From positions 18,848,001 through 18,912,000 of the forward strand of contig NC_088806.1 of assembly GCF_011386835.1 (NCBI RefSeq): a DNA stretch of 64,000 bases. Direction: 5' to 3'. Below, in pieces: positions 23,990 to 36,564 of this stretch (its first letter is position 1; the number at the start of each line of letters is the position of its first letter). The notes below the pieces were generated by a model. That model worked only from the letters and a program-made list of their open reading frames with translations, was not told where the DNA came from and did not search any database. The DNA comes from Chrysemys picta bellii. Taxonomy: Eukaryota. The translations under genes were made by a program, and so were the position numbers.

Positions 23990-24160
23990 TGAATTATTAT
24001 CGTACATGTTTTACAGATGGGGAAACTGAGGCACAGAAGTTGAATGACTCGATCGAGGCCATACAGCAAATCATTAGCAGAGCTAGGAATGAAAACCAGG
24101 AGTCCTGATTTTTGGTGGTGCTCACCCCTTTCTCTAACCATGAAACAGTGCTGCCTCCAT
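23990..24160 (-). mobile_element. MIR/CORE-type SINE
   Basis: TTTTACAGATGGGGAAACTGAGGCACAGAAGTTGAATGACT, reverse-complement CORE motif. Confidence 0.8.
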
Positions 24161-24521
24161 GACCCCAAACTCTCTGGAGCCTCTTTCTAATGGATCATAT
24201 GCTGAATGAGACCCAGCGGAGCTTCCTAGCTTTGTATTGTACTTGCCATTCAGCTGTTATGGGAGCATGCTTTAAAAAATGACTCCATCTAGAAATTTTT
24301 AAGTAGTTTAAGTTTCAAGTAGTATAGTTTAAGCAAGCTGTACAACCACTTTGACATAGTCATCTTTTAAAGGCTCTGAGTGTATCCTTCCTGTTGCTTA
24401 TTGTGCTTAGAAGGGGATGAATATTGTTAGATGATGGGCGCATTTGTAGATTTCCAGGACCGTGGGCAGTAACTCTTACAAATGATTGCAATATGATGGA
24501 CCATGCATGCACACATACAGA

Positions 24522-24732
24522 CATAGCTGGCTCCAGGCACCAGCGTAGCAAGCAGGTGCCTGGGGCGGCCAATGAAGAGGGGGGTGGCACATCTGGCCGT
24601 TCAGCGGCAATTCGGCGGAGGGGCCATCACTCCCTCTCGGAGCAAAGGACCTGCCGCCGATCACGATCGCGGCTTTTTTTTTTTTTTTTTTTTTTGCTGC
24701 TTGGGGCGGCAAAAACGCTAGAGTTGGCCCTG
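24522..24732 (+). mobile_element. hAT MITE (CAGGGCCGGC-TIR family), 211 bp
   Basis: Degenerate left TIR CATAGCTGGCTCC, right end TTGGCCCTG; 8-bp TSD CATACAGA / CATACAAA; homologous to 38390-38879. Confidence 0.8.
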
Positions 24733-24911
24733 CATACAAACACCGCAGTCTTTAGTGGGAATCAATGACCTTCAGCACCAAATACACAAGCCCCTTGACC
24801 TTCAGCTGAAGGAGTAACTCCTTTAGTGGTAAGTAGCTGGCTGCATTAGTAAAGGAGCCAGACACTAGAGGGAAATTTGATCCAACATTTTATGCCACTA
24901 TATAGTATACG

Positions 24912-25363
24912 CGGGGATATGATTTTGTCCTGGAGAAATTGTGAATTTGAATAAACTCTGTGAAATGTTGGAAGTGGTTGTAAAAATGCATTTGGTTAGG
25001 CCCCCATACTGAGTGGGGTTGCTACCTGGTGCATAGAGATGCAGAACCATTCAGGTTTAGCTGTCTGTCCCTTTATAGACGAAGACGGAGGGGCAGACAT
25101 ACCAAACCTAAGTGGTGCTGCAACCCCATGTGCTGGGTTGTAATGCCCGGAACTGGGAGACAGGCTCATGGTCAGAAGGACACCCCAGTCTCCAACCCTC
25201 ACCACCCACTCTGACCCTCATCTTTCAGCATCCACACTTTACTCCTCTGTATGTTGCTGTAGTGAGAACTATATTATTTGGTGACTTTCCTTGACTTATC
25301 TTTTTTTTTCATACCTCTGTGGTGAAATTTACTAAAAATGTTTGTGACAAAATGGTAGTCTTA
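24912..25363. mobile_element. Older copy of the TAAGGCTA-TIR hAT MITE family
   Basis: Ends GATATGATTTTGTC...GTGACAAAATGGTAGTCTTA match the TIRs of 39136-39468. Confidence 0.6.
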
Positions 25364-25699
25364 ATTATTCTCCCCAAACAATCTTTTAATGGAATTTTTT
25401 TACAATCTTAGGGCAAATGTATGCCCTTTTGTGCAGGAACTTGGCTCCGGGAGAAACTACATGGACCTCTAAGGGAAGAGTTTAGCCCTTTCAGACTTCT
25501 AAGAGCCCAACAGGTCTTTCTCTAAAACACTTTCTAAAAATCCATTCCTCAGTTAAAACTTTGTTGAGTTTCAGTTCAGAGCACACTCAAGCAGGCAGTG
25601 GTATTGTCCACATTAATAGGCCCAGGTGCAGTATATTTTATATTGCTTTGTTTTCCCTTATTTTTCCTTTAAGCATCAACAGCATTGTCAGAACCACAG

Positions 25700-27095
25700 G
25701 AACTCATGGGATCATGAGAACGGCCAGACTGGGTCAGACCAATGGTCCATCTACCCCAGGATCCTGTCTTCTAACAGTGGCCTGTGCCAGGCGCTCCAGA
25801 GGGTATGAACAGAACAGGTAATCATCAAGTGATCCATCTGCTGTCATCTAATCCCAGATTTTGGCAGTCAGAGGTTTAGGGACACCCGGAGCATGGGGTT
25901 TCATCCCTAACCATCTTGGCTAATAGTCATTGATGGACCTATCCTTCATGAACTTACCTAATTCTTTTTTGAACCCCGTTATACTTTTGGCCTTCATGGC
26001 CTGCCCTGGCAAGTTCCCCAGGTTGACCGTGTGTTCTATGAAGAAATGCTTCCTCTTGTTTGTTTTAAACCTGCTGCCTATTAATTTCATTGTGTGACCC
26101 CTGCTTCTTGTGTTATGTGAAGAGGTAAACAACACTTCCTTATTCACTTTCTCCACACCAGTCATGATTTTATAGACCTCTATCATATCCCCCCTTAGTT
26201 ATCTCTTTTCCAAGCTGAATAGTCCCGATCTTTTAATCTCTCCTCATGTGGAAGCTGTTCCATCCCTCTAATAATTTTTGTTGCCCTTCTTTATACTTTC
26301 TCCAATTCTAATACATCGTTTTGAGATGGGGTGACCAGAACTGCACACAGTATTAAAGGTGTGGGTATACCATGGATTTATATTGGCATTATGATATTTT
26401 CTGTCTTATTGTCTATCCCTTTCCTAATGGTCCCTAACATTCTCTTAGTTTTTTTGACTGCTGCTGCACACTGAGCAGATGTTTTTAGAGACCTATCAAC
26501 AGTGACTCCAAGATCTCTTTCTTGAGTGATAACAGCTAATTTAGACCCATCATTTTGTATGTATAGTTGGAATTACGTAGTTTTCCAATGTGCATTACTT
26601 TGCACTTATCAACGTTGAATTTCATCTGCCATTTTGTTGCCCAGTCACCCAGTTTTGTGAGATCCCTCTGTAACGCTTCGCAGTCAGCTTTGGACTTAAC
26701 CAGCTTGAGTAATTTTGTATCGTCTGCAAACTTTGCCATTTCACTAGTTATCCTCTTTCCCCGATCATTTATGAATATGTTGAACAGCAGTGGTCCCAAT
26801 TCAGATCCTTGGGGGACTCCACTATTTACCTCTCTCCATTCTGAAAACTGACCATTTATTCCTACCCTTTGTTTCCTATTTTTTAACCTGTTACTAATCC
26901 ATGAGGGAACCTTCCCGCTTATCCCATGACAGCTTACTTTGCTGAAGAGCCTTTGGTGTGGGACCTTGTCAAAGGCTTTCTGAAAATCCAAGTACACTAT
27001 ATCCACTGGATCACACTTGTCCACATGTTCGTGAATCCCGTCAATGAATTCTAATAGATTGGTAAGGCATGATTTCCCTTTACAAAAAGCTCTGT
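25700..27095 (-). mobile_element. 5'-truncated CR1 LINE, about 1.4 kb (RT domain to 3' UTR), disrupted
   Basis: ORF 26536-27099 has RT motifs YLDFQKAFDKVPH, GVPQGS.LGPLLFNIFIND and KFADDTKL; ORF 25920-26186 is the CR1 C-terminus; frameshifts lie between them. Confidence 0.96.
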
Positions 27096-28822
27096 GCATC
27101 TGACTTCATATTTTCCAAGGAAATGAAAGTCGGAGATAGCTAACAAAAGGCACTACCAGGTCCCCAGTGTGAGAGCCTAGAGATGGGCTGAGATGCTCTG
27201 AAAAACCAGAATAACAACAGCCTTCTCTCTAATATACAGCAGCAGCATTCCAGCAGTCCTTTAACAGAGCACTCCTGGGTTAGCCAGTCCTGTTCTCTCC
27301 AAGGACTCTCTCAAGTTACTCAAACTCGTTGCATTGGACTTCACAGAGCTTTCTTCTGGCTCTTTACTTCAGTGGTAACTGCAGCGGCTGGAGAGATGTC
27401 TGGAATGTATCTGCCGTAGGGAGAGCTGACTAGTGGTGAGAGCCTAGAAATCATGATTCCTGGGACCTAATACCTGCTCAGAGTGATCTTGAGCAAGTCA
27501 CTTTGGCTGAGACTTTCAAATGTGCCCGCTCATTTCGAGTGCTCAACATGAGACATCTCAGGACTTTGCAGAGATGCTTAGCACCTGCGGATGCTCCCAC
27601 TGAGTGGACACTTTGATGTTGTGCCTCTCTGTGCCTCAACTGAGCCGTCTGTACAACAGGGACAAGGATACTTCCCTCCCAGGATGGGGCTTCATTAACG
27701 CTTATGAACTGCCCTGAGCCCCTCCGCAGAGACAGCAGTGGAACGCTGTTACTAATTAGATCTTTCCCTGTACAGAGAGAAATCTCCCTGCCAGCGCATG
27801 ACTCTCTCCTTTGACATTTTTTTCACCGCCAGTCATGTCCCCCTCAGCTCAGCAGCTTTTCCCAAGCGGACTGGCCTCGACTGCCTCTTCCCTCACAGTC
27901 CAAGCAGGGAGGTAGAGCTGGTATTTAGATGTCAAGCTGAGCAATCCAAAGCCGCGCCACCACCCAGAGATTAACCATCTCCCCTCTGGATTCTCTAGTC
28001 AAGTCTCAGCATGCTGCAGTGCTCGGAAAGAACCTCTCTGGATATTATACTGTACTGTGTGTATGGCTTTGAGGTGCTTTTCTGTCCTTCCAAAATCTTT
28101 CTCCCTTTGATTTATGGATCATCGAGACCATCTTTAATTATCTTCCTTGTACAGATGCCTGAAGCTAAATTCACTAGAAGGAGCTATGCTGATACAGCAT
28201 GTGCCCTTCCTAAGCTTTGCATGGCAATATGGAGTATGGAGTGACCATTAATACACAGTGTGAATGGCTTGGCTACTCAGGCAATGGGTTCAGATCTGCA
28301 CACACCCAGGTGTCTATAGGCTTTCTCTTTTGCACCTAAATGTAAAGGCAGAAGAGATCTATTTTGCAAGGGTGTGGTTAGACTCAAAAAACTTCCACTC
28401 AAGGAAACAGCTGTGGAAGTGGTGCCCAAAGGCATTTTCAGTGCCAGGAAATAATGGTTGCTCTGTTGTTATCTTTAATACTAATTCTCAAAGATTAATA
28501 GCACTGATCAAAACCAGACAGAGTTCAGACAGGGCCTTCCACCCCCTCCACTGTGCCCATGTGCAGTAATGAACCTGCAACCCCTCTTTGCTGTTTGGAG
28601 CTTAGTGAGCACACAACTCTCCAAATGCACTGCAGCCCTTAGCTATTGCATCTTAGAGTCTCCACTCCATCATGGCCAACACACTTCAGAGTCCACACCA
28701 GTGCCTTGGAGAGTTTGTCCCCTGGATACTGAGTTATGCAGAGATTTATGGGGCTTCATGGGATTCCTAAACGTATTCACTTGTTATGCACGTAATGCTG
28801 AAAGCTAATCTCTGTGCCCCAG

Positions 28823-28933
28823 GCTGCTGTGCAGATGGCATAAAGTCCCTTGGGTCTGAAGGGCCGTCTGCAGAATCCTAGCCAGTCTGAGGAGTTGAAA
28901 ATCAGACTGCACGGGCTGATCATGGATCCAGAA
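28823..28933 (+). other. Candidate non-coding or 5' UTR exon (111 nt)
   Basis: CTAAT branch-like motif, TCTCTGTGCCCCAG acceptor and GAA/GTGAGA donor; stops in all three frames; ATCATGG near the 3' end. Splice signals only. Confidence 0.2.
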
Positions 28934-29789
28934 GTGAGAGGGTCATATCTAGCTTGTTCCCCTTTGACTGTGATGGAACCACTCCCTATTGTACATTGCA
29001 CCATCACTGAGTAAATCCCCTTGTAACTCAGTTAGCACAAGGGAGCTCCTAGTGGCTTGTGCATGGGCCACAGGTAGATAGAGATCAGAGCTGCAGGACA
29101 CACCTTTAATGTGGGAGAGATGGCTGAGAGATATAGTAATGAGCCTCTAGGCTAGGGGAACTTAAACACTAGAGAGGGAGATCAGCACTTCCCAAACTGA
29201 CAGAGCAGCACATTGCAAGGACAATTGTACTGTCAGCATCCAGCTGACAAAACAAAAGGCTCCAGGAAAGTGCTGATGAAAACTTAAATGCTAGGAGATG
29301 CAGCTCTTCAGAAATTTCTAAACATGCAAGTTTGTTGTTAAAGAAGACATACAGTAGCTCAGTGGTGAACCAGGAATTTACATTGTGTTACACCAGCTAA
29401 ATAATTGCAGGGAAATCTTGGTCAGACTGCTGACTGTGATACACCAGTACCTGCAAATGCCCCAGGAATGGGGTTCCTAGGAGTCTTTGTTCATTAGCAA
29501 TTATGTTGTCGGTGTCCAGAAATGAGCACAGCCAGCACTGCAGAGTTAAACCACCGGCAATCACTCAGAAGATGGTCACGTTCACAATATTCAAAGTAGG
29601 AAGGGCCTAAACTGGAAATCTGATACCAAAGGGCTTTAGATCTGGATCCACATCTGATGTTTGCAACTTGGCCCTTTTTCCATTACTGCATGAACTAGAG
29701 CAGGTCCCAATTCCCACTAACGTGGGGAAGTTTGGATTTTGATCAGACCAGTTGCTGATTACCCTCAACACCCATGTGGCTGCTCTGAC

Positions 29790-29990
29790 TTGGACTAAGA
29801 CTCAGGAGACCTGGGTTCTAATCCCAGCTTTGTCCCTGGATTTTTGCACAACTTTGGCCAGGTCACTTCATCTCTGTGCCTCAGGTTCCCTATCTGTAAA
29901 ATGGAGGTAATGATATTGACCTCCTGTGTAAAGCACTTTGAGCTCTATGCATAACAAGTGTTCTGTAAGACCAAGTATTATTATAGTGAT
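29790..29990 (+). mobile_element. MIR/CORE-type SINE
   Basis: GACTCAGGAGACCTGGGTTCTAATCCCAG...TCTCTGTGCCTCAGGTTCCCTATCTGTAAAATGG; closely similar to 60620-60830. Confidence 0.8.
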
Positions 29991-30544
29991 GGGTGTATTA
30001 GGAATATCCACAATGGATCATCTGGAAGAATAGATTAGATCCAATTTGAGGTCATCAGCCATCATTACAAATGAAAATTCAGTGTAATGCATTCAGTGAA
30101 CCTGCCCATAGAAATGCCACATTCTGTCATAAGCGACAGATCCAGACTAACACGGTTACCCCTCTGATACTTGACATTCTGTCATGTTGCCCATTTCGTC
30201 TGGGGCCCTATCTGACACTGACCAACAGCAGGGGCTTCAGAGAGAATTGTAGAAACCCAATACTGGACAATTATGGAATAACCTGTACATAGGCAAAGCT
30301 TCTTCCTAATTCCAGGCACTTAACAGTTGGCTCATCTCCTCCAGGAGGAGGATTTAAGCCTCATATATATATATAATTTTCTAATGTTAATATGGTTGTT
30401 CATATTCATATAAATATATAAATATCAAATCCTTTTTTAAAATTCTTCACTTCATTAATATCATGCGGCAGTGAGTTACGTAGATTAACACTTTCTGCCG
30501 TTGCCATCAGGCTTGCGTTTGCTAGTTCAGCTCTGATTGGGTAG

Positions 30545-30690
30545 ACATGATGGCCACCATCTTGGCTGACAGGCCAGGGATTGACCCGGGGATGTCCAGA
30601 GCTAAAAGCATGACCTGTTACACCTCAATCTAACAAGCCAAGGCTAGCTGTGGTAGACTCATATCTTCTGTGGATTGGCACAGAGTGGGC
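30545..30690 (-). mobile_element. Interspersed repeat with a tRNA-like segment; inverted paralogue of 61915-62045
   Basis: Reverse complement shares CCCACTCTGTGCCAATCCACAGA.GATATGAGTC and TTTTAGCTCTGGACATCCC with 61919-62020. Confidence 0.65.
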
Positions 30691-31270
30691 TGTGTAATAC
30701 ATGTTCACAGGACAAGAAAACCATCTCCCACCTAGCTCTAAATATAACATACCAGCTACATCTCAGAAGTGCCAATGTTCCAGAGACCACAGGCATCTCC
30801 AAGAATATTGTAAGGAGTTATGGGAAACAGAACAGAAGGCTATTTAATGAAGTAAGTGGTTGTGAATGGGGGATGGGGATTCTGGCCCACTGGGATTCAG
30901 GGGAGAAGCCACCCTGCTCAAGACTGTCACAGGCAATAGCCCTAATACCCCTCTATAGAACTGCTTGAATTTTTTGTTAATGAATAATTTTCCCCTTTTC
31001 CAAAATAGATTCAAATTTTTCAATGTTTTTCAACCAAAGCCAAACATGAAAAAAATTGGTTTTTGCCCCCACTCCACCTCCCTTTTCTTTTCAAAGGGGA
31101 AAAACTGAGGGGCGGGGGGGGGGGGGAAATGGAAGATTTTCAAGACCAAAAATTCTCAATACAAGTTTTTGTGAGAAAAACAAATCGAGTAAACAAAAGC
31201 TCCCTTTTGAGAGCCACAGACCGGAAATGAATTTGTAGCATTGTTGTTGCCCTGTTGGTCCCAGAATATT

Positions 31271-31410
31271 AGAGAGACAAAGTGGGTGAGGTAATACCTT
31301 TTATTAGACCAACTTCTGTAGGTGAAAGAACTCTGTGTAAGCTCAAAAGCTTGTCTCTTTTACCAATAGAATTTGGTAAAAAATATTACCTTACCCACCT
31401 ACTTTCTCTA
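31271..31410. mobile_element. Penelope-derived palindromic repeat, internally deleted
   Basis: Left arm AGAGAGACAAAGTGGGTGAGGTAATA is the inverse of right arm TATTACCTTACCCACC...TCTCT; centre CTCTGTGTAAGCTCAAAAGCTTGTCTC. Confidence 0.6.
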
Positions 31411-31445
31411 GAAATTAATTTGAAATTTTCTCACAAAACCACCAC

Positions 31446-31570
31446 TAGGGTGACCAGACAGCAAATGTGAAAGATCAGGACAGGAGGTGGGGGGGTAATA
31501 GGAGCTTATATAAGAAAAAGACCCAAAAATCGGGACTGTCCCTATAAAATCGGGACATCTGGTCACCCTA
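31446..31570. mobile_element. hAT MITE (TAGGGTGACCAGA TIR), 125 bp
   Basis: 13-bp perfect TIR; perfect 8-bp TSD ACCACCAC (31438-31445 / 31571-31578). Confidence 0.93.
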
Positions 31571-32111
31571 ACCACCACACTAATTCTCAACTAGCTTCCC
31601 CCCAACCCCCAGGAATGTACTAAGGGCCAATAAGGGGTTAAGAAGTAGTGAGGGCTGGCTGGTGGCCCTCATCCCCCTCTGCCAAGTAACCCAGCTGGAG
31701 AGAATTAACCCTTGATTGCTGCTGAGGGAACAGAGTTACACAGAGCTCACCAATGAGCCTCTAAAAGCCAGGTGGAAGTTATAGCCCTGTTTGGGTGATT
31801 TCTAATGTCCATTTGCAATGAAGGGAGCAGCTAGTCAGGGACTAAAGGACTTTGGGGTGAGTTTCTTGCTTGTTGAGTTGAAAGCTGAGTGAGTTTGAAG
31901 TTACCCTGTGCAGAAAAGGACCATTCTTTCAGGCTTAGCTGAAGTCTTGTGTACTGTGTTTACACAGCAGGGGTAGTCACTTTTTTGCCAGAGTGCTTGG
32001 TTTACCATGCCCTGGACTCTCTTTGCCCTTGTCTAGTCTGCCTATCATACTGAGTTCCCCATAGCTGTATGCCCCCCCCCCCCCTTCTTCTTCTTTTTTT
32101 TTTACACGGAG

Positions 32112-32212
32112 ATGATTGGCTTCCCTTTGGAAAGGACAGAGCGAGAGGAAAAGCCTCTGTGTTTCTAGAAAGCAAAGATGGCCTCAAGGAAGACCGTGAC
32201 CTTCTCTTGGAG
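32112..32212 (+). other. Candidate exon (101 nt)
   Basis: Long C/T tract upstream, weak GAG acceptor, strong GAG/GTAAGG donor; ATG in good context at 32178 (MASRKTVTFSW). Peptide not recognised. Confidence 0.25.
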
Positions 32213-32726
32213 GTAAGGGGGATGGAAAGGGCTGAAATGTTGCCTTTGCAGGCTGTCTGCAAAGAGAGAGACACCTCCTAAGCGGGAGGCCAAAGCCAGG
32301 CTTTGGAGCACCAGATAGCAGCCCCCTACCCTAGTTGTACTGTAGGAAGTGGTTGTATCCCCCTAGCCTGACGCACATAACCACTAGGTGTTGGTTACAT
32401 TGTCATGGTGCATTTCTAGAACTGTTGATTGGCCTAGAGCCAAACATGTCCTTTTCAGCTAGGGGGCTCTTGTTCTTCACCTTAATCTAAAGCAAATGCA
32501 TGCTCTACTCTGGCTCATAGGTCCCTCTGAGATCCCTTCCTAAACCCCCTCACCATGCTATTCCCCCAGCAGAGGAACCTTACATTTAAAGGTGCAGTAC
32601 ACAGAAAACAAAATATTTGTATATCCACAAGCTGTGGTTCTTGTTAATAATATTAACTCATCAGGAGTGTGGTACCACCTAAAGGCACCCTTCTCTAGTA
32701 GACTGTTAAGCTCTATGGGGCAAGGA

Positions 32727-32727
<1 letters not shown>

Positions 32728-32757
<30 letters not shown>
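32728..32757. repeat. (TG)15 microsatellite
   Basis: Read directly. Confidence 0.95.
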
Positions 32758-32758
<1 letters not shown>

Positions 32759-33039
32759 ACGCGTGCCGACCCCAGCCCAGCAGTGCCCCCCTACCCTCCA
32801 AGTCCCTGACTAGGCCCACTGTCACACAAGTAATAGCACTTAGAATCAGGGCCTCATTGTGCTAGGTGCTGTACAGATAAATGGTACAAGACAATCCCTG
32901 CCTCCTAATGGGCTGAGAGACCTAACTGCAGTGAGATTCATTCGTACAGACTCTTGCACTTGTGACCTCTACACAGGCCCAGCTCATTGCAGTAGCTGGT
33001 CTGATTGCAGGATGGGGGTTCACATGGACAAGGCAAACA

Positions 33040-33140
33040 AACAATAAGAGGATGGCAGTGCTGTTGTACCCATTTTGCAGATGGGGAAATTGAGGCACTG
33101 AGAGATTGAATGACTTGCCCAAATCCCTATGTAATCCCAG
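33040..33140 (-). mobile_element. MIR/CORE-type SINE
   Basis: CCCATTTTGCAGATGGGGAAATTGAGGCACTGAGAGATTGAATGACTTGCCCAA. Confidence 0.8.
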
Positions 33141-33432
33141 GTCTTGCAAATTTCAGCATAGCTGTGCAACATGAATTGGGCACTGGAGCAGCAAAGTTTT
33201 GGTGTGATGTGCTGGGTGGTAAAGGGGGTCCTTGATCATATGCCAGTGCAATTGAGAAGAGCCCCACCCCCTTCATACTGAGGCTACAGAACTTAAAGGG
33301 GGCTGGTGTGGGAGGTGGGGTGGTGCAGCGAGAGGCAGGTGATGGTAAGAGTGAGGCAGAGAGGGGTGTGTTCTCGTCTCTTTCCTTCTGTGCACCTCAG
33401 TGCCTGGCAGGGTGGGAGCTGGATGTTTCTGT

Positions 33433-33798
33433 GGGTATGTCTACACTGCATTGTAGACATACATGGGCTTGTGGACTTGGTGTTTCCAAGGCTGTGCTTG
33501 AGCATCTATGCTGCGTTGTAAGCCTGGGTTTGCAATTGCCGGACCCAGGTCTCACAGCTGTGCTAATCCATCCATATTGCACTTTGCAAGCCTGACTAGG
33601 GCTGCATCCACACTGCAAAATGCCAAGGCTTGGACCTGAGTCACAGCAGGACTCCGGCTCAGATCCACCCGCCTGGGCAGGTCCTAGGGCCTGGGTCTTG
33701 AGTTGCTTGCAGACCTGAATCAGACAAATTGCGTTTAGACAGTAGGGGTTTGGGGCTCAAACCTGAGTCTGGGCCCAGGTTTACAATGCAGTGTAGAT
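33433..33798. mobile_element. Harbinger-like MITE with truncated right TIR
   Basis: Left GGGTATGTCTACACTGCATTGTA; right TACAATGCAGTGTAGAT then the match stops. Confidence 0.7.
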
Positions 33799-33907
33799 TA
33801 TTGAGGGGAGCCCCAACGCCTTCGTACTCAGGTTACAGAACTTAGAGGGGGCTGGTGGGGAGATTGTGACAGGGCAGCGAGAGGCAGGTGACGGACCGAG
33901 TATGGAA

Positions 33908-34159
33908 GGGTCTGTCTACACTGTGATCAGAGATGCCTCTGCAACACATGTAGACATACCTGAGCTAGTTTTGATCTAGCTCAAATAACAATAGCAGTGA
34001 GGCCAGGCAGCACAGGCTAGCCACTTGAGTACAAACATAGGGTCCCAGGAAGTGATGTACAATCCGTGCTGCCATGGCTTCACTGATATTGTTATTTGAG
34101 CTAGCTAGCCCGGATACACTTCCTGCAGTCACACCTCTGACCGCAGTGTAAACAGACCC
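33908..34159. mobile_element. Harbinger-like MITE
   Basis: TIRs GGGTCTGTCTACACTG / CAGTGTAAACAGACCC; internal inverted AGCTAGCT/CTCAAATAACAAT motifs; no clean TSD. Confidence 0.7.
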
Positions 34160-35199
34160 TTTGTCTGCAGCAGAGCCAGGCTTGTGATCACTGGCACTGC
34201 CATCCCAATGCCCCTGAATCCCATCTCCCTGAAGAGCAGGATTCTTATGTTTTTCTTGAAGCACCTTCTGCAGGTGACAATTCAGCAGTGAGTCTTGCCC
34301 ATCCAACTGCCTCCTCCTCACCTAGATGCTGACCACAGTCACTTTCTCCACTTCTCTTGCCTGCTGATAGCATTGAATGCTAATACTGCCTTTCATATGG
34401 CTAAAAGCCCTGACATGGTGAATTTCCGGCCTAGCTAGATCATTAATCTTCTCACTTTCTTGGTATTTGCAGAATCGGGAGGGGGATGTGTATCTTTAAA
34501 TCACATGTAGCATTAGCAAAACACAAACGCCTCTGGTTCATTGCACACGCTCCACTCACCAAATCCAGGCAGCGAGAACAAATACTTCTCCTTGCACTCA
34601 AGGAAATGACTTTAGACACAGCTGCAAATTACTATTTGTTTAATGCTGGAGGAAAATGGACTAAAGCCATAGTAATTCCAGGGGCAGAGTCAGCACCCTG
34701 GGATTAGCTCTTTCCTAAGGTTAAATCAATAGTGATGTGTGTTTCCTTTCAGCACAGAAAAGGAAAGGTAGGGGACGGTCAACATGGGGAGGGAAGGACA
34801 GCTGTGGTAGGGGGAGGAGGGGAAAGGTTGAGTGGGGTGTACAGGTGGGTTTAGGCAGCTGGGGGGAAGGGGCTCATAGGGAGAAGTCTCATTGGGAGGA
34901 CTTGTGGGGAAAGGTATGATGGCAATGTGATTGGGAGGAAGACCTAGTCTCTAGTGGCAACACATGATTGGAAGAAGCAGATGGATGGTCCTGGGGGCAC
35001 ACGCATTACTTTCGTGGATTCAGTTGGCCAGACTCCGTTGATTTTTACTGCAGCAGGGACAAGAGACAGGCCCTGAGAGTGAGGAAATCCCTGCTTATTG
35101 AGGACATGTGGCCTGGCCCGAGGAAGATGACATGCCATCCGAAATGCAGTTGATCAGAAAGCTGTTGCTATTCCTGTTGATTTCAATGGTAACAGAAGC

Positions 35200-35321
35200 T
35201 AGGGTGACCAGACAGCAAATGTGAAAATCGCGATGGGGGTGGGGAGTAATAGGAACCTGTGTAAGAAAAAGACCCAAAAATCGGGACTGTCCCTATAAAA
35301 TCGGGACATCTGGTCACCCTA
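35200..35321. mobile_element. hAT MITE (TAGGGTGACCAGA TIR), second copy, 122 bp
   Basis: Same TIR and interior as 31446-31570; TSD ACAGAAGC / GCGGAAGC (6 of 8). Confidence 0.9.
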
Positions 35322-36564
35322 GCGGAAGCAGTGCCCCAGTTATGCAGTGATGATCTTAATGGCCGGAGTCGTGACAGCAGCTATCAATGCTGTTTGCTAA
35401 CAGCTAGTGTGCGGTTAAAACATTGCTAAGGGTAGTTGAGAACTGGGGAAGGCAAATTCATCTATCTGACTTAGGGAACGGGGGGGAAACATCAGATTGC
35501 AGCTCGCTTCGTTCTGGCATGCAGGGATGTTTTAGTGGAGGTGATTGTTAGCAGAACTGACCCAAACTGGGTCACCAACCAGTGATTTGTGCTGTACCAC
35601 AAAGTGGCTTCTAACTAGGTCAAACACAGACTTTTTGAAAATGCCAGAAATACATCTTCACCAGACGGAGAGGAGTAGCTGTTTTGATGGGTCAGTAACT
35701 CTGCTACGTATGAGGGCCAAGGCTTTCAAAACCCAATGATGATTTTTGGATGCCTCTGCTCTTGAATGCCCCTCCTGAGACACCTAAGAGGGGCCAGATT
35801 TTGGGGAAGTGCTGAGCACCTGGCCTCTGAAAATCAGGCTCCTTAAAAATGTCTCAAACCCAGGCACCCAAAATCACTAGTCACTGTCAAAAAACCTGGT
35901 CTTGATCCTCCCCAACCTGAATTCTTTGAAACTTTCTGCATCTCCCCCACATATCAGCAAAGAGTTAACAGCAGAGCCAGGTCTGTTACAAGGATTGGTA
36001 TTACTCCATCTGAAATAGCCTTACAAAATAGATTACAGTACATTATAAAGGACCTTGTGGTCATTAATGTGAATTGAGTTCCTACTGTATGAAGATTGAT
36101 TTCCTGCGTCAGTCTATTGGGTGAATAATGCGTGTGAAGATGCATATGCTCTAGGCATCAGCCTGTTTATCAGAATAAACTGTAAAAATGCTCAAAAAGA
36201 GACTTAAAGATCCTTTAACAGGAATTTGTAGGAGTAACCTCAATTTTTTTGCAGATGGTGAGATACACACAAGCAGAGATTAATTAAAATGGGGTCCCTG
36301 GCCAGGGCCATGTTAAAGTACAGGCACAATAAGCTCAAGTGTAGGGCTCCTGGAGTCATATGACAATCTCAGCTCTCATCTTAAATATGTTACGTGCGCA
36401 CAAACTGAGTTAAAAGATCATTATTCAAGTTGCAAAGGTCAGTCATTCAAAAGAGAGTAAATGCCAACATTAAAGTTGTGTGCGCAACCTTATTTTGCTC
36501 CCTTTGTGGGCAAGCGGTCTAGAATCAGAGAAATGTAGGGCTGGAGGGGATCTTGAGAAGACTG

